Notes: generated by a model not told the origin, from the sequence alone. DNA of 64,000 bases from Thermoleophilia bacterium (GCA_040776965.1 JAXGZO010000001.1:396675-460674), one strand, 5' to 3'; shown: positions 36,643-46,735, counted from the first letter of the stretch. A program made the numbers and translations.

Positions 36643-38856
36643 TTACCGCACGACGATCTTGCCCGTGCCCGCGATGCGCTGCGCGTTGCCGGTAAAGTCC
36701 CGCGCGGTAACGGTGTACGTGTACGCGCCGCGGACGGAGGGCCGCCACTTCGCGATGGTGTGCCACACGCCGACCTTGGCCGTCGCGACCTTGATGGTTT
36801 TAACGACGGCCTTCTTCTTGTTGCGCACGGTGATCGTAACGTCGGTGGCCACGGAGCTCTGCGTGTCGTCGACACGATAGCGGAGGGGCAGCAGCCGACC
36901 GCGCGTTCCGCTCACCGTCTTAGTACTGGCGCGGGTGATGGGCCCGAGAACGTCGGGCACGCCGCCGGTCGTGGTGGCGAGAATAGTGCCGAAGTCGCCG
37001 GTTACCCAAGCGGCCCCCGAGCCGGAGCGAGGGGCGGCGACGGCCAAAAGCCACCTATCCGTCCCCGCGTTTTGCTTCTTCCAGACCTTGCCGCCGTCGG
37101 TGGTGGCGAGAATAGTGCCGGCCTCACCGGCAACCCAGCCGCGCTTTGCATCGGCGAAGGAGACGCTCTGGAGACGCGTACTCACCCCCGAGACCTGTGC
37201 CTTCCAGGTCGCGCCGGCGTTAGTGGTGGCGAGGATCGTGCCATCCCTCCCCACCGCCCAACCGTGCGCTGCGTCGGGGAAGGAGACGTCGTACAGCCAG
37301 GTATCGCTCTTCGAGTTCTGCTTCTTCCAGACCTTACCGGCGTTGGTAGTGGCGAGAATCGTGCCGGCCTCCCCGACGGCCCATCCGCGCTTCGCGTCGG
37401 GGAAGGAGACGCTCTCGATCCACCCATCTACCCCGGAGACCTGGAGTTGCCACGCCTTGCCGCCGTTGGTGGTGGCGAGAATCGTGCCATCGTTCGCGGT
37501 AACCCAACCGTGCGCTGCGTCGGGGAAGGAGACGCCGCGAAGAGACCCCCCGCCTACCATGGGAGACTGGGGCTTCCAGCTCTTGCCGCCGTTGGTAGTG
37601 GCGAGGATGGTACTGCCATCGCCGACGGCCCAGCCACGCGTTGCGTCGGGGAAGGAGACGGCGGTGAGGTGCTTCGTCGTCCCCGAGCCCTGCTCTTGCC
37701 AGGTCGCACCACCGTCGGCGGTGGCGAGAACAGTGCCGAGCAAGCCGACGGCCCAGCCACGCGTTGTGGTTGGAAACGCAACGTCCCAGAGGTTTTGCTC
37801 CGTCTCGGCCGAGCCCTGAGGCTGCCAGCTCTTGCCGCCATCCGCACTCGTGAAGATAAGACCCCTGGCGTCGTAGTTCTCGAGAACCCAGCCCGTGATA
37901 ACGCCGGAGTTTGAGCCAAAGGAGGAGACGGCGGTGGCGACCGTAACCCCAACGAGGGTCGTCGTCGTCCAATTCTCGCCACCGTCGGTGGTAGTGAGAA
38001 CGGTGCCATTGTCGCCGACAACATACCCACGCGCTACGCTGGAGAAGGAGACACCCCTGAGGATCTTCGTCGTCCCCGAGTTCTGAGCAGCCCAAGAGGT
38101 GCCGCCATCGGTGGTGGTGAGGAGGGTGCCGGCTTCGCCCACCACCCAGCCGTTGGTCGCGGTGGAGAAGGAGACGGCGGTGAGGTTTACGCCGACCAGC
38201 ACGGTCTTTTTAACCCAAGTCGCGCCGCCATCGAGCGTGGTGAGCACAACGCCCTTTTGCCCCACGGCGCATCCGTGGAGCGAGTCGGTGAAGGTGATAG
38301 CGTTGATCTGCTCGGTCGCCCCGGAGGTTTGCTTCGTCCAGGTCGCGCCACCGTCGACGGTGGCGAGAATGAGGCCGTTTGAGCCCACCACCCAGCCGCG
38401 CGACTTCGTGAGCCAAAAGACGGCGGTGAGCCACTCCTTGGTGCCGGCATCCCGCTGCACCCAGGTTTTACCGCCGTCCGCCGTGGTGAGGATGACGCCG
38501 TAGCCACCCACGGCGCAGCCCTGCGTCGCGCTCGCGAAGGAGACGGAACTGAGTGTGTTAAGCACCCCCGGGCTCTGCGGCACCCACGTTCGCCCGCCGT
38601 TTTTGGTGGCGAGAATCGTGCCGTTATGGCCCACCACCCAGCTGTGACGCTCGTCGGGCGAGGCGACGGAGAAGAAGCTGGGCGCCGGCGCCGCAGCGCT
38701 CTGCCAAACCCAGCCGCCGTCGCCGGTGGAGATGAGGGCGCCGGCGCTCGCCGGGCTCAGCAAGAGCAGAGCGAGGAGAAAAAGGAGGGGAAGGAGGGGG
38801 CGGCGGGCGAAGCCCCTCCGCCTGCTCGGGATGTGAGCTGTTGGCATCGTACTCAT
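36643..38856 (-). CDS. Secreted BNR/Asp-box repeat beta-propeller protein (Ycf48-like) with a C-terminal Ig-like domain
   Basis: 737 aa. It has a signal peptide, about 14 tandem 40-45-aa repeats each with T(x)DGGxTW/SW (TKNGGRTW, TADGGKTW, TVDGGATW ... TTDGGKVW), and a C-terminal beta-sandwich-like region (RYRVDDTQSSVATDVTITV...). Confidence 0.7.
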   Translation of the reverse strand: MSTMPTAHIPSRRRGFARRPLLPLLFLLALLLLSPASAGALISTGDGGWVWQSAAAPAPSFFSVASPDERHSWVVGHNGTILATKNGGRTWVPQSPGVLNTLSSVSFASATQGCAVGGYGVILTTADGGKTWVQRDAGTKEWLTAVFWLTKSRGWVVGSNGLILATVDGGATWTKQTSGATEQINAITFTDSLHGCAVGQKGVVLTTLDGGATWVKKTVLVGVNLTAVSFSTATNGWVVGEAGTLLTTTDGGTSWAAQNSGTTKILRGVSFSSVARGYVVGDNGTVLTTTDGGENWTTTTLVGVTVATAVSSFGSNSGVITGWVLENYDARGLIFTSADGGKSWQPQGSAETEQNLWDVAFPTTTRGWAVGLLGTVLATADGGATWQEQGSGTTKHLTAVSFPDATRGWAVGDGSTILATTNGGKSWKPQSPMVGGGSLRGVSFPDAAHGWVTANDGTILATTNGGKAWQLQVSGVDGWIESVSFPDAKRGWAVGEAGTILATTNAGKVWKKQNSKSDTWLYDVSFPDAAHGWAVGRDGTILATTNAGATWKAQVSGVSTRLQSVSFADAKRGWVAGEAGTILATTDGGKVWKKQNAGTDRWLLAVAAPRSGSGAAWVTGDFGTILATTTGGVPDVLGPITRASTKTVSGTRGRLLPLRYRVDDTQSSVATDVTITVRNKKKAVVKTIKVATAKVGVWHTIAKWRPSVRGAYTYTVTARDFTGNAQRIAGTGKIVVR

Positions 38857-38964
38857 GCGGCCACTCCCTTTTCTTAGTCAGAAGGACTCCGCTTAGCATA
38901 GCAAAGGCGAAAGGGCGGGAGAAGGGCACCATCGCCCTTAAACCGATGCACGACGTCGAGTGAT

Positions 38965-39016
38965 AAAAGGCGGAGGGGCCGACCGGGTGTGCCACCCTTT
39001 CGTCGGCCCCTCCGCC
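38965..39016 (-). terminator. Rho-independent terminator of the rubredoxin-FDP-flavin reductase operon
   Basis: GGCGGAGGGGCCGAC ... GTCGGCCCCTCCGCC has 15-bp perfect arms. On the minus strand it is followed by TTTTATCAC. Confidence 0.65.
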
Positions 39017-39067
39017 TCATTATTGCCCTCGCCGCCAGTACGCACGGCGTCGGCGCAACCTGCTCCT

Positions 39068-39577
39068 TCAGTCGCCCTTGCTCGCCTTAAACTCCTTGAA
39101 GGCGGCCATAGTGGCGGCCTTCATCTCGGCCTGGTAGTCGCCGTACAGAAGCGGCTCGCCCTCCCCCAGCCACGCCTCGGTCACCTCGGCGAAAAACGCC
39201 GTATGTGTGGAGAGCTCCTTGGCGTCGGTCACCTTGCACCTGAGGTAGGCGGCGGCACCGTCGAGAACGGGGAGCCCCTCAACGACCGTGTGCGCAACGG
39301 CGGCCCACTTCTGTGCATCCCGCCCCGACTGAAACCCGAAGTTGCCCACCACAAACGGGTCGACCTCGGTGCTCAGCACGGAGACGGTGAACTCGCCGCT
39401 CTGCTTAATGGCCGCGTTGGTCTGGTTACGCTGAATGCTGCACAGAATGACGCTCGGCGTCGGCGAGCTGGTCGCCTGGATAAACGCGTCGACGACGCAG
39501 CCGGCGTACTCGCCATCGATCGCCGCGCCCACAACGTACAAGCCGTACGAGATCTTATGAAGTGCCTTTGTCTCCAT
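39068..39577 (-). CDS. Flavin reductase-like FMN-binding protein (probable NAD(P)H:rubredoxin/FDP reductase partner)
   Basis: 169 aa. It has the flavin-reductase-domain signature (ISYGLYVVGAAIDGEYAGCVVDAFIQATSSP). Confidence 0.65.
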   Translation of the reverse strand: METKALHKISYGLYVVGAAIDGEYAGCVVDAFIQATSSPTPSVILCSIQRNQTNAAIKQSGEFTVSVLSTEVDPFVVGNFGFQSGRDAQKWAAVAHTVVEGLPVLDGAAAYLRCKVTDAKELSTHTAFFAEVTEAWLGEGEPLLYGDYQAEMKAATMAAFKEFKASKGD

Positions 39578-39599
39578 GGCCCCTCCTGGGGGAAGATGA

Positions 39600-40805
39600 T
39601 CAGATCGCCGTCGCGAACCGGGCGCCGAACTCGAAGGCCCCGGAGAGCTCCGACTCCGAGGGGACGAAGCGACAGGTGTAGCCCTCCTCGAAGACGTCCA
39701 TCTTCAAGGTCCGTAGGCGGGTGAGGAGGCCAGGGACGGCCTCGCCGCTCCAGCCGTAGGAGCCGAACGCGGATGCCGGCTTGCCCTTGCAGCCTATGGC
39801 GTCGATGCCGCAGGCCAGCGACCAGACCGGGGCCACCGCGTCTTTATTGATGGTGGGAGAGCCGAGCAAGAAGGCGTCGGAGGCGTCGAGCTCGCCCTGG
39901 AGGAACTCCGCCGAGTGCTCGTTGGCGTCGTACACACCCACTTGTGCGTCGCCGAGCACGCTGTGAATGCCCTCGGCGATGCGCTCCGCGAGCAGACCGG
40001 TGTTGCCGTACGCGCTGCAGTAGCAGATCGCGATCCGCTTGGCCGCCGCCACGCGGCACGACCAGCTCCACTCGTGGTAGCGGGCCTTGGCCTTCTCCTG
40101 AAACACGCCCTTCGTGAGAATGGGCCCGTGGCTCGGGCAGAGGTACTCCGCATCCAGTTCGTTGAGCTTGGCGAGCCCCTTTTGCACGTACGGGGCGAAC
40201 GGTTTAAAGATGCCGTCGAAGTACTCCTCGAAGGCCCGCTCGAAGGCAGCTGGGTACGACACCTTGCTGTCGAGCATCCGCGGCTCACAGTAGTGACACC
40301 CGAGAAAGTCGCAGGTAAACACCACGCCCGCCGACTCCATCCACGTCAACATGCTGTCTGGCCAGTGCAAAAACGGCGCGGAGAGGAAGGTGAGCGAGCG
40401 CTCGTCGTCGAGGGCGAGCGTCTCCCCGTCCTTCACCGCCCTTACGTTGAGATCGGAGTTGTTGGTGATCTGCGCAAGGTAGTTTTTGCCGGCGGGCGAC
40501 GTGATGATCTGCGCCCCTGGGATGCGCTCGGCCAGCTTCGCCAACGACCCGGAGTGATCCGGCTCGTTGTGGTTCATCACGATGTAGTCGATCGACGCCG
40601 GGTCGATGACGCTCGCGATGTTGTCGAGGTGCTCCTCGAAGTACCTCGCGTGGACGGTGTCGATGAGCACGTTCTTCTCGCCCGTTATGAGGTACGAATT
40701 GTACGAGGTCCCAAAATCCGTTCGCATCACCACATCGAAGATGCGCATGCCCGGGTTGAGAACCCCCACCGAATACACGCCTTCTTTTATCTTCACTACC
40801 GCCAT
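39600..40805 (-). CDS. Flavodiiron protein (metallo-beta-lactamase-like diiron domain plus flavodoxin domain; rubredoxin:oxygen/NO oxidoreductase)
   Basis: 401 aa. The diiron-site context is IVMNHNEPDHSG. The C-terminal flavodoxin-like region is AICYCSAYGNTGLLAERIAEG. Confidence 0.8.
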   Translation of the reverse strand: MAVVKIKEGVYSVGVLNPGMRIFDVVMRTDFGTSYNSYLITGEKNVLIDTVHARYFEEHLDNIASVIDPASIDYIVMNHNEPDHSGSLAKLAERIPGAQIITSPAGKNYLAQITNNSDLNVRAVKDGETLALDDERSLTFLSAPFLHWPDSMLTWMESAGVVFTCDFLGCHYCEPRMLDSKVSYPAAFERAFEEYFDGIFKPFAPYVQKGLAKLNELDAEYLCPSHGPILTKGVFQEKAKARYHEWSWSCRVAAAKRIAICYCSAYGNTGLLAERIAEGIHSVLGDAQVGVYDANEHSAEFLQGELDASDAFLLGSPTINKDAVAPVWSLACGIDAIGCKGKPASAFGSYGWSGEAVPGLLTRLRTLKMDVFEEGYTCRFVPSESELSGAFEFGARFATAI

Positions 40806-40846
40806 ACTCCAATCCGCCCCGAAAGTTCCTTCAGCAGTGCAGAGGC

Positions 40847-41005
40847 TTAACCCTCGACGAACTGATCCTTACCGACGCCGCAGTCGGGGCACATCCAGTC
40901 CTCGGGGAGGTCCTCCCACTTCGTGCCCGGGGCGACGTCGTTGTCCGGGTCGCCCTGCGCCTCGTCGTACTCGTAGCCACAGATCTCGCAGACGTACTTC
41001 TTCAT
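40847..41005 (-). CDS. rd: Rubredoxin (52 aa; absent from the ORF track because it is under 60 aa)
   Basis: A hand translation gives [52 protein letters not shown]. It has the CxxCG...CPxCG motifs. Confidence 0.8.
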   Translation of the reverse strand: MKKYVCEICGYEYDEAQGDPDNDVAPGTKWEDLPEDWMCPDCGVGKDQFVEG

Positions 41006-41034
41006 ACTCGTTCCTCTCTTCGTTTTCTTCGCTT

Positions 41035-42033
41035 TTACGAGCTCTTACCGAAGGGTCCGGTGCCAGCGCCGGTGGAGGAGATCGCCGCGACGATCTCCTC
41101 CTCGTCCGCCGCGGTGAGCTCAAGGGCGGCGGCAGAGACCCAGCCCTCCACCTGCTCCGGCGAGCGAGCACCGACGATGGCGCCGCTCACACCCGGCTGA
41201 GCGACCACCCACGCGGCCGCCACCGCGGCGGTGGTGGTGCCGTGGCGCTCGGCGATGGGCCGGAGCGCGTCGCGTAGGGCGAGGCTGCGGCCGAGCGCCG
41301 GCTCTTTAAAGGCCGGCGGCCGGCGGCGCCAGTCGTCGGCCGCCAGGGCGTCGACGCGCGCGGCGCTGAAGGTGTCGGTGAGCAAACCGGAGCCGAGCGG
41401 ACTGTAGCAGAGCACGCCGGTGCCGTGGGCTCGCGCCCAGGGCAGGAGCTCACGCGTCGTCTCGCGCTCGAGGAGCGAGAGCGGCGACTGCAGTGAGTCG
41501 ACGTGGCCGATGGCCTCGCAGCGGTCGAGCAGGTCCACCGTGAAGTTACTCACCCCGATCGCCCGTACCTTTCCCGCATCGCGGAGCTTCACCATCTCGG
41601 CCCAGGCCTCCTCAAGCGGGTTACCGTGGGCGTCCGGCCAGTGGATCTGGTAGAGGTCGACGGCGTCGAGGCCGAGGCGCCGCAGCGACTGGTCGAGGCT
41701 GCGGCGCACGGTCTGCGGGGTGGTTACCCGTTCCGGCGAACGAAGCGGGTCCGCAGGATCCCACTCGAGACCGCACTTCGTGAAGACGAGCGGGCGGGTA
41801 GCCGCGGGCAACGCCCGAAGCGCCCGGCCCACCACCTCCTCGGAGTGCCCGAGCCCGTAGACCGCCGCGGTGTCGATCCAGTTAACGCCGCGCTCCACGG
41901 CGCGGCAAATGGCCGCGATGGAGGAGGCGTCGTCTTGGGGGCCCCAACCGAACGCCCACCCGCCTCCACCGGCCGCCCAGGCGCCGAAGCCGAGGCGAGT
42001 GATGCTAAGCCCGCAGGTGCCGAGCGCCCTCAT
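41035..42033 (-). CDS. Aldo/keto reductase family oxidoreductase
   Basis: 332 aa. [16 protein letters not shown]... It has conserved AKR catalytic-tetrad contexts (DTAAVYG; HWPD). Confidence 0.75.
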   Translation of the reverse strand: MRALGTCGLSITRLGFGAWAAGGGGWAFGWGPQDDASSIAAICRAVERGVNWIDTAAVYGLGHSEEVVGRALRALPAATRPLVFTKCGLEWDPADPLRSPERVTTPQTVRRSLDQSLRRLGLDAVDLYQIHWPDAHGNPLEEAWAEMVKLRDAGKVRAIGVSNFTVDLLDRCEAIGHVDSLQSPLSLLERETTRELLPWARAHGTGVLCYSPLGSGLLTDTFSAARVDALAADDWRRRPPAFKEPALGRSLALRDALRPIAERHGTTTAAVAAAWVVAQPGVSGAIVGARSPEQVEGWVSAAALELTAADEEEIVAAISSTGAGTGPFGKSS

Positions 42034-42154
42034 GGAGGAGGTCCTCCCCTCTCGTTGAGTGTGAGCGAGCGGCCGACCTCTGCGAGGCCGGCCGCTCGAC
42101 CGTACAAGTACATCAACCGATGCGGCGCGACCGCGCCGCTGCTGCTCAGCAGCC

Positions 42155-42351
42155 TCAGCCGAAGCCGGAGCGAGGCGGGGCCCCGCATGTAGGGCTCGAG
42201 AGCGGGCCGTTACCTAGCCAGCTCCAGAGAGACTGCTGGAGGTCGGTGGAGCCGCAGGAGATACACCGCTTCTCGGACTCTTTAAGAGCGACCTCCGTCT
42301 CGATCTTAAACTTAGTACCGCACGCTCGACAGTGAAGACTGACGACGGGCA
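42155..42351 (-). CDS. FmdB-family zinc-ribbon protein
   Basis: MPVVSLHCRACGTKFKIETEVALKESEKRCISCGSTDLQQ (CxxC...CxxC). RBS GGAGGTG is present. Track ORF 42155..42475 is extended. Confidence 0.6.
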
Positions 42352-42353
42352 TG

Positions 42354-42680
42354 TTACACCTCCGCCTCAAGGGCCTGGGACCGTTCGCTGAACTCTTGCT
42401 CGAGGATTTCGTCGATAAGCCAGCAGGCCTCGCAGAGGCGCGAGTCGACCGCCTCCCAAAGTACCTGCCCACCACTCCGCGTGCGCCGCACGAGGCACTC
42501 GCGGCGCAGGACCGCGAGGTGCTGGGAGACGTTCGGCCGGCTCACGCCGAGCAGCTCCGCCAGCTCGCTCGGCGACTGCGGCCGCTCGCACAGGAGATGC
42601 AGCAGCTGAAGCCGAACCGGGTGAGCGAGCGCGCCGAAAGCCGCGGCGCGAAGAGCGTAGCGTTGTCGATCGCTTTTCAT
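42354..42680 (-). CDS. ArsR/SmtB-family metalloregulatory transcriptional repressor
   Basis: 108 aa. Winged HTH: FGALAHPVRLQLLHLLCERPQSPSELAELLGVSRPNVSQHLAVLRRECLV. Confidence 0.8.
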   Translation of the reverse strand: MKSDRQRYALRAAAFGALAHPVRLQLLHLLCERPQSPSELAELLGVSRPNVSQHLAVLRRECLVRRTRSGGQVLWEAVDSRLCEACWLIDEILEQEFSERSQALEAEV

Positions 42681-42778
42681 GGGCGTATCCTCTCCATGTT
42701 TCGCGACTACGAAACACGGAAACTACATGGGAGAAGCCCTAACTCAGCGGAGCAGCCCCTCTGCGGAAAGGATGCACT

Positions 42779-43180
42779 ATGCAAATGGAGATTCTCTTCC
42801 CCGGCGGCAAAAAGGTCTTCGCCGAGAAGGCCGGCTTTACGATCCAGACCGACCAGCCTGAGGCCAGGGGCGGCGACAACTCAGCGCCCTCGCCCTTCGA
42901 TCTCTTCCTCGCCTCTATTGGCACCTGCGTCGGCATCTTCGCCCTCAGCTTTATGCAGCAGCGCGATATCGACCCGACTGGCTCCAAGATCCTCGTCGAC
43001 ATGGACTACGACGCCCCCAACATGCGCGTCAACTCCATGGACCTCAACCTCGTCCTCCCCGATGGATTCCCGGAGCACTACCGCGATGCGATCCTGCACG
43101 CCATGAACGGCTGCGTTGTAAAGAAGCACCTCGAGAACCCGCCGACCTTTACCGTCAGGACGACGGACGCAGGCGCCTAA
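42779..43180 (+). CDS. OsmC/Ohr-family peroxidase-like protein
   Basis: 133 aa. SPFDLFLASIGTC... matches the OsmC family. Confidence 0.7.
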   Translation: MQMEILFPGGKKVFAEKAGFTIQTDQPEARGGDNSAPSPFDLFLASIGTCVGIFALSFMQQRDIDPTGSKILVDMDYDAPNMRVNSMDLNLVLPDGFPEHYRDAILHAMNGCVVKKHLENPPTFTVRTTDAGA

Positions 43181-43227
43181 CCGCACCCTGCGTCACGTCG
43201 TTCTGCGGCGTTTTTAAAAAAGAGAGA

Positions 43228-43262
43228 GGGGCCGGCTGCCATACGGCGGCCGGCCCCTTTCG
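43228..43262. terminator. Bidirectional terminator hairpin between the convergent OsmC and peroxiredoxin genes
   Basis: AAAAAAGAGAGAGGGGCCGGC...GCCGGCCCCTTTCG. Confidence 0.55.
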
Positions 43263-43288
43263 TTAGCGTCTCCGCTTTTACAGCGGTC

Positions 43289-43942
43289 TTACTTCTCGAG
43301 CGGCTTGTGGCAGAACCACCAGTCGTAGCAGTCGTACTGACTGGGGCGCTCCGCCGCAGCGGCCATGGTCTGCGCCGGCGGGATGATGACGCGGTCGCCG
43401 AGGAGCTCGTTGTTCGGCCAGTTCGCGGGCATCGCCACGCCGTTCGCGCTGGAGTACTGCAGTGCCTCAATAACGCGGAGGATCTCGTCGACGTTCCGCC
43501 CGACCTCCTGCGGATAGTAGAGCATGAGACGCAGTACGCCCTTGTCGTCGATGATGAACACGGCGCGCACGGTGTTGGACCCGAGGCCGGGGTGGATCAT
43601 GCCGAGCTTCTCGGCGATAGCACCCGTGTCGGCGATGATCGGGAACGGCACCTCCACACCGAGGTTCTCCTCGATCCAATTCGCCCATTTAATGTGGGCG
43701 AAGACCTGGTCGATCGAGAGCCCGACCAGCTCGGCGTTGAGCGCCTTAAACTCCTCAACGCGCTTGGAGAACGAGTAAAACTCGGTGGTGCACACGGGCG
43801 TGAAGTCGGCGGGGTGGCTGAACAACACGATCCACTTACCGGCGTAGTCGCCGGGGATGTTCTTCGTGCCGTGCGTGGTGGCTACCGTGAGCTCGGGGAA
43901 CTGCACACCGAGGCGTGGAGCGGTGGATGCGGTCTCTGTCAT
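43289..43942 (-). CDS. Peroxiredoxin (1-Cys/Prx6-like, AhpC/TSA family)
   Basis: 217 aa. The peroxidatic Cys motif is FTPVCTTE. Confidence 0.8.
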   Translation of the reverse strand: MTETASTAPRLGVQFPELTVATTHGTKNIPGDYAGKWIVLFSHPADFTPVCTTEFYSFSKRVEEFKALNAELVGLSIDQVFAHIKWANWIEENLGVEVPFPIIADTGAIAEKLGMIHPGLGSNTVRAVFIIDDKGVLRLMLYYPQEVGRNVDEILRVIEALQYSSANGVAMPANWPNNELLGDRVIIPPAQTMAAAAERPSQYDCYDWWFCHKPLEK

Positions 43943-44018
43943 AAATCCTCCTCGAAGGTCTGTCTGTGTATTTGCTCAAAGAGCATACGCGAAAACGCGT
44001 TGCCCTTAGAACATCTCC

Positions 44019-44915
44019 TTAAAACCTTAATTCGGAACCTCCACAGAAATTTATGAGGATTTGGGGGCCGAGACGCTCACGAAGAAGGGCGATCGCCCGT
44101 TGGCCGGTGCAGTGGCAGGGGGCGCAGTACTCCAGGTCGAGCGCCGCCAGGTACTCGACCGTCTCCCGCAGGCGATTCTCCCCAGCTCCGAGGAGGTGCA
44201 TACCGCCGAGCACCGCCCGCACAACGGGCAGGCCGTCGGCGGCACGGGGCGAGCAACTCGGCTCCCCAGCACGGCTCGCCACCGCCTCGCGAACGTAGCT
44301 CACCGTATTGACCACGCCGCTGTGCGCACAGCCGAGGAGCACGACGAGCCCAGAGGGGGTCTCCACCCAGAGCGCCTGGTCCTCCGCCACGTCGTCGCGG
44401 AGCGTGCAGGCTTCGTCGAGAAAGAAGTGCGACTGCGGACCCTCCAGAGGGTGGCGCCGGGGCACTGGGCCGGAGGCCCAGACGCTCGGCGCCACCTCAA
44501 CCGGCCTCAACGCCCACAAGCACCGCTGCGGCGCCGCCCGCAGCGCCAAGAGGCCGGGCTCGGGCAGGCCGATAGCGTCCACGCGCCCGCCCTTCCGCCG
44601 CGCGTAGTGCGGCGCGAGCGCGGCGGGGTGGAGGGCGATGCGAGCAGTGGGGGCGGCCTCCAAAAGGTCGGGTAAACCGCCACCGTGGTCGTAGTGCCCG
44701 TGGCTGAGCACCGCGGCGCACACGTCGTCCAGCCGCTCGCCCAGCAGTCGAGCGTTGCGGCGAAAGGCGCCGGAGGCGCCGCAGTCGAGCATCACCCGGC
44801 ACTGGGGCGTTTGGAGGAGGAGCGAGAGCCCGGGCTCGGCGACGAGGTCGCCACGAGACCCGAGCGTGTCCTCCGCGAGCACCCGCACACGAAGAGTATC
44901 TGGCACCCCCATCAT
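44019..44915 (-). CDS. MBL-fold metallo-hydrolase
   Basis: 298 aa with the HGHYDHGGGL motif. Confidence 0.7.
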   Translation of the reverse strand: MMGVPDTLRVRVLAEDTLGSRGDLVAEPGLSLLLQTPQCRVMLDCGASGAFRRNARLLGERLDDVCAAVLSHGHYDHGGGLPDLLEAAPTARIALHPAALAPHYARRKGGRVDAIGLPEPGLLALRAAPQRCLWALRPVEVAPSVWASGPVPRRHPLEGPQSHFFLDEACTLRDDVAEDQALWVETPSGLVVLLGCAHSGVVNTVSYVREAVASRAGEPSCSPRAADGLPVVRAVLGGMHLLGAGENRLRETVEYLAALDLEYCAPCHCTGQRAIALLRERLGPQILINFCGGSELRF

Positions 44916-44954
44916 AGGGCCTCGGTTGTGCCTAAGCGGGTCACCGAAAGTGCG

Positions 44955-45338
44955 TCAGTGCTGGCAGACCTCGTCGGGTCCCACCTCCGCGAGCCCTCCG
45001 CCGAGATAGGCGGTGACGGCGTCCTGTACGTCCTCGCCTTCTCCAACGTAGACGGTAATACCGACCTGCCTACAGCCGAGGAGGGGTCGCCCGCCGATGC
45101 CGACGACGATGAGAGCGTCCACGCCCTGCTGGGCGAGCATGCTGACGGGGGCCATGCAGCCTCCGCTACCGTGGGGCGCGTTTTGCAACACCCCTACGCC
45201 ATCGACCGCGCCGTCGACAAGATCGACGATCGTGAAGAACTCGCAGTGGCCGAAGTGGCCGGAGCGCTGAGCCTCAAGCCCTCCGGGGGCCTCCGATGGA
45301 ACGGCGACTCGCGTACACGTTCTGCTGACTTTACTCAT
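44955..45338 (-). CDS. NifX/NifB-C-like dinitrogenase FeMo-cofactor-binding-domain protein (PF02579-like)
   Basis: MSKVSRTCTRVAVPSEAPGGLEAQRSGHFGHCEFFTIVDL...ALIVVGIGGRPL. The ATG is at 45338. Track ORF 44955..45527 is extended. Confidence 0.6.
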   Translation of the reverse strand: MSKVSRTCTRVAVPSEAPGGLEAQRSGHFGHCEFFTIVDLVDGAVDGVGVLQNAPHGSGGCMAPVSMLAQQGVDALIVVGIGGRPLLGCRQVGITVYVGEGEDVQDAVTAYLGGGLAEVGPDEVCQH

Positions 45339-45792
45339 GTGAACCTGGCTCCCTTCGGCTCTCTTCGGTAACAGTGGGGGCGCATCGCCCGTGACGACCG
45401 GACGGCCCGTGGTGGCCAGACCGACCGTGGTGGCAGCCGCCCGAACTGCGGCGGCCGTGGTGCTGATGGCGGCCACAGCCGCACTCATCGGCGTCCAACT
45501 CGACAACGCGGTACTGACCGCCCTCAATGGAGATCGCCTTACCGGCGACGAGCGCCTCGGCGACCTTACCCCGGGCGCGCTCTATAACTCGCCCCACGGT
45601 CTGGCGCGAGACCCCCATGGCGGCGGCGGCCTGCTCGTGACTCAGCCCCTCTCGGTCCACCAGGCGGATGGCCTCGAACTCGTCGAGGGTGATCACGAGT
45701 TGTTCGAGCTCCTGTGCGGGGACGCCAGCGGGCTTAAAAAAGGTGGACCGGGGCAACGCGCCGACGCAGCGCTTGATCAGGGGACGCGGCAT
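45331..45792 (-). CDS. DUF134/UPF0251-family putative DNA-binding protein with a His-rich C-terminal tail
   Basis: MPRPLIKRCVGALPRSTFFKPAGVPAQELEQLVITLDEFEAIRLVDREGLSHEQAAAAMGVSRQTVGRVIERARGKVAEALVAGKAISIEGG is the DUF134 consensus. The tail has HQHHG..HHG..HHG. Confidence 0.7.
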   Translation of the reverse strand: MPRPLIKRCVGALPRSTFFKPAGVPAQELEQLVITLDEFEAIRLVDREGLSHEQAAAAMGVSRQTVGRVIERARGKVAEALVAGKAISIEGGQYRVVELDADECGCGRHQHHGRRSSGGCHHGRSGHHGPSGRHGRCAPTVTEESRREPGSHE

Positions 45793-45859
45793 GGCTACTC
45801 TCCTGCGTTTTTAGCGTGCGCCCATGATACCGGCGCCGACGCACCCGTCAAAACACGGG

Positions 45860-46702
45860 CTACGTCGTAAACGACGCGAGGAGCGGCCGCACGGCCGCGC
45901 CGAAGGCCTCGGCCGTCGCCGACCCGCGGTAGGCCTGAATGTAGGGGACCCCCCGCTCCGCCGCCTCCACGACGCCGGGGTCCATGGGGATGCGACCGAA
46001 GAAGGGTACCTGCGCATCGGCGGCCATCGCCTCGGCCCCGCCGCTCAAAAACACGTCGGTCGTCTCGCCGCAGTGCGGGCAGACGAACCCGCTCATATTC
46101 TCGATCACCCCGAGGACGGGGAGGTTGAGCGTCTCGCAGAACCTCAAAGCCTTGCGCACGTCGCTCACCGCGACCCGCTGCGGCGTAGAGACGATCACCG
46201 CCCCAACCCCGTCGCCGAGGAGCTCGCTCAGGGCGAGCGCCTCATCGCCGGTGCCGGGGGGCGCGTCGACGACCAAGCAGTCGAGCGCGCCCCAGTCGAT
46301 CGCCGAGAGGAGCTCGCGGATCGCGGAGTACTTGCGCGGACCACGCCAAATGACCGCGTCGTCCTCTTGCTCGAGGAAGAATTGGATCGACATGACACGA
46401 AGGTTACGGCCGGCCGGAGCGGGGGCGACGGTGTTGGCGGCGACCCCGGGGCGTGGCTGGTACGTCAACCCGAGCATCCCCGGAACGCTGGGGCCGTGCA
46501 GGTCGACGTCGAGCAGCCCCACACGGAGGCCCGCCTCCGCGAGCTCCGCCGCGAGGTTCACCGCGACAGTACTCTTACCAACGCCGCCCTTACCGGAGAG
46601 CACGAGTACCTTGTGCTTGATCGCCGCCATTCGCTTCGTAAGAGCGTCGCGCTCTTGTGAAGCATTGCCCTGCGCCTCGGCGCAACCGTGGTCTTCTGTC
46701 AT
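45860..46702 (-). CDS. apbC: Mrp/NBP35/ApbC-family Fe-S cluster carrier ATPase
   Basis: Deviant Walker A is VLVLSGKGGVGKSTVAVNLA. The region ends with CPHCGE. Confidence 0.85.
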   Translation of the reverse strand: MTEDHGCAEAQGNASQERDALTKRMAAIKHKVLVLSGKGGVGKSTVAVNLAAELAEAGLRVGLLDVDLHGPSVPGMLGLTYQPRPGVAANTVAPAPAGRNLRVMSIQFFLEQEDDAVIWRGPRKYSAIRELLSAIDWGALDCLVVDAPPGTGDEALALSELLGDGVGAVIVSTPQRVAVSDVRKALRFCETLNLPVLGVIENMSGFVCPHCGETTDVFLSGGAEAMAADAQVPFFGRIPMDPGVVEAAERGVPYIQAYRGSATAEAFGAAVRPLLASFTT

Positions 46703-46735
46703 CTCTTCCTCCGAATCACGTGTAGTTACTCTCGT

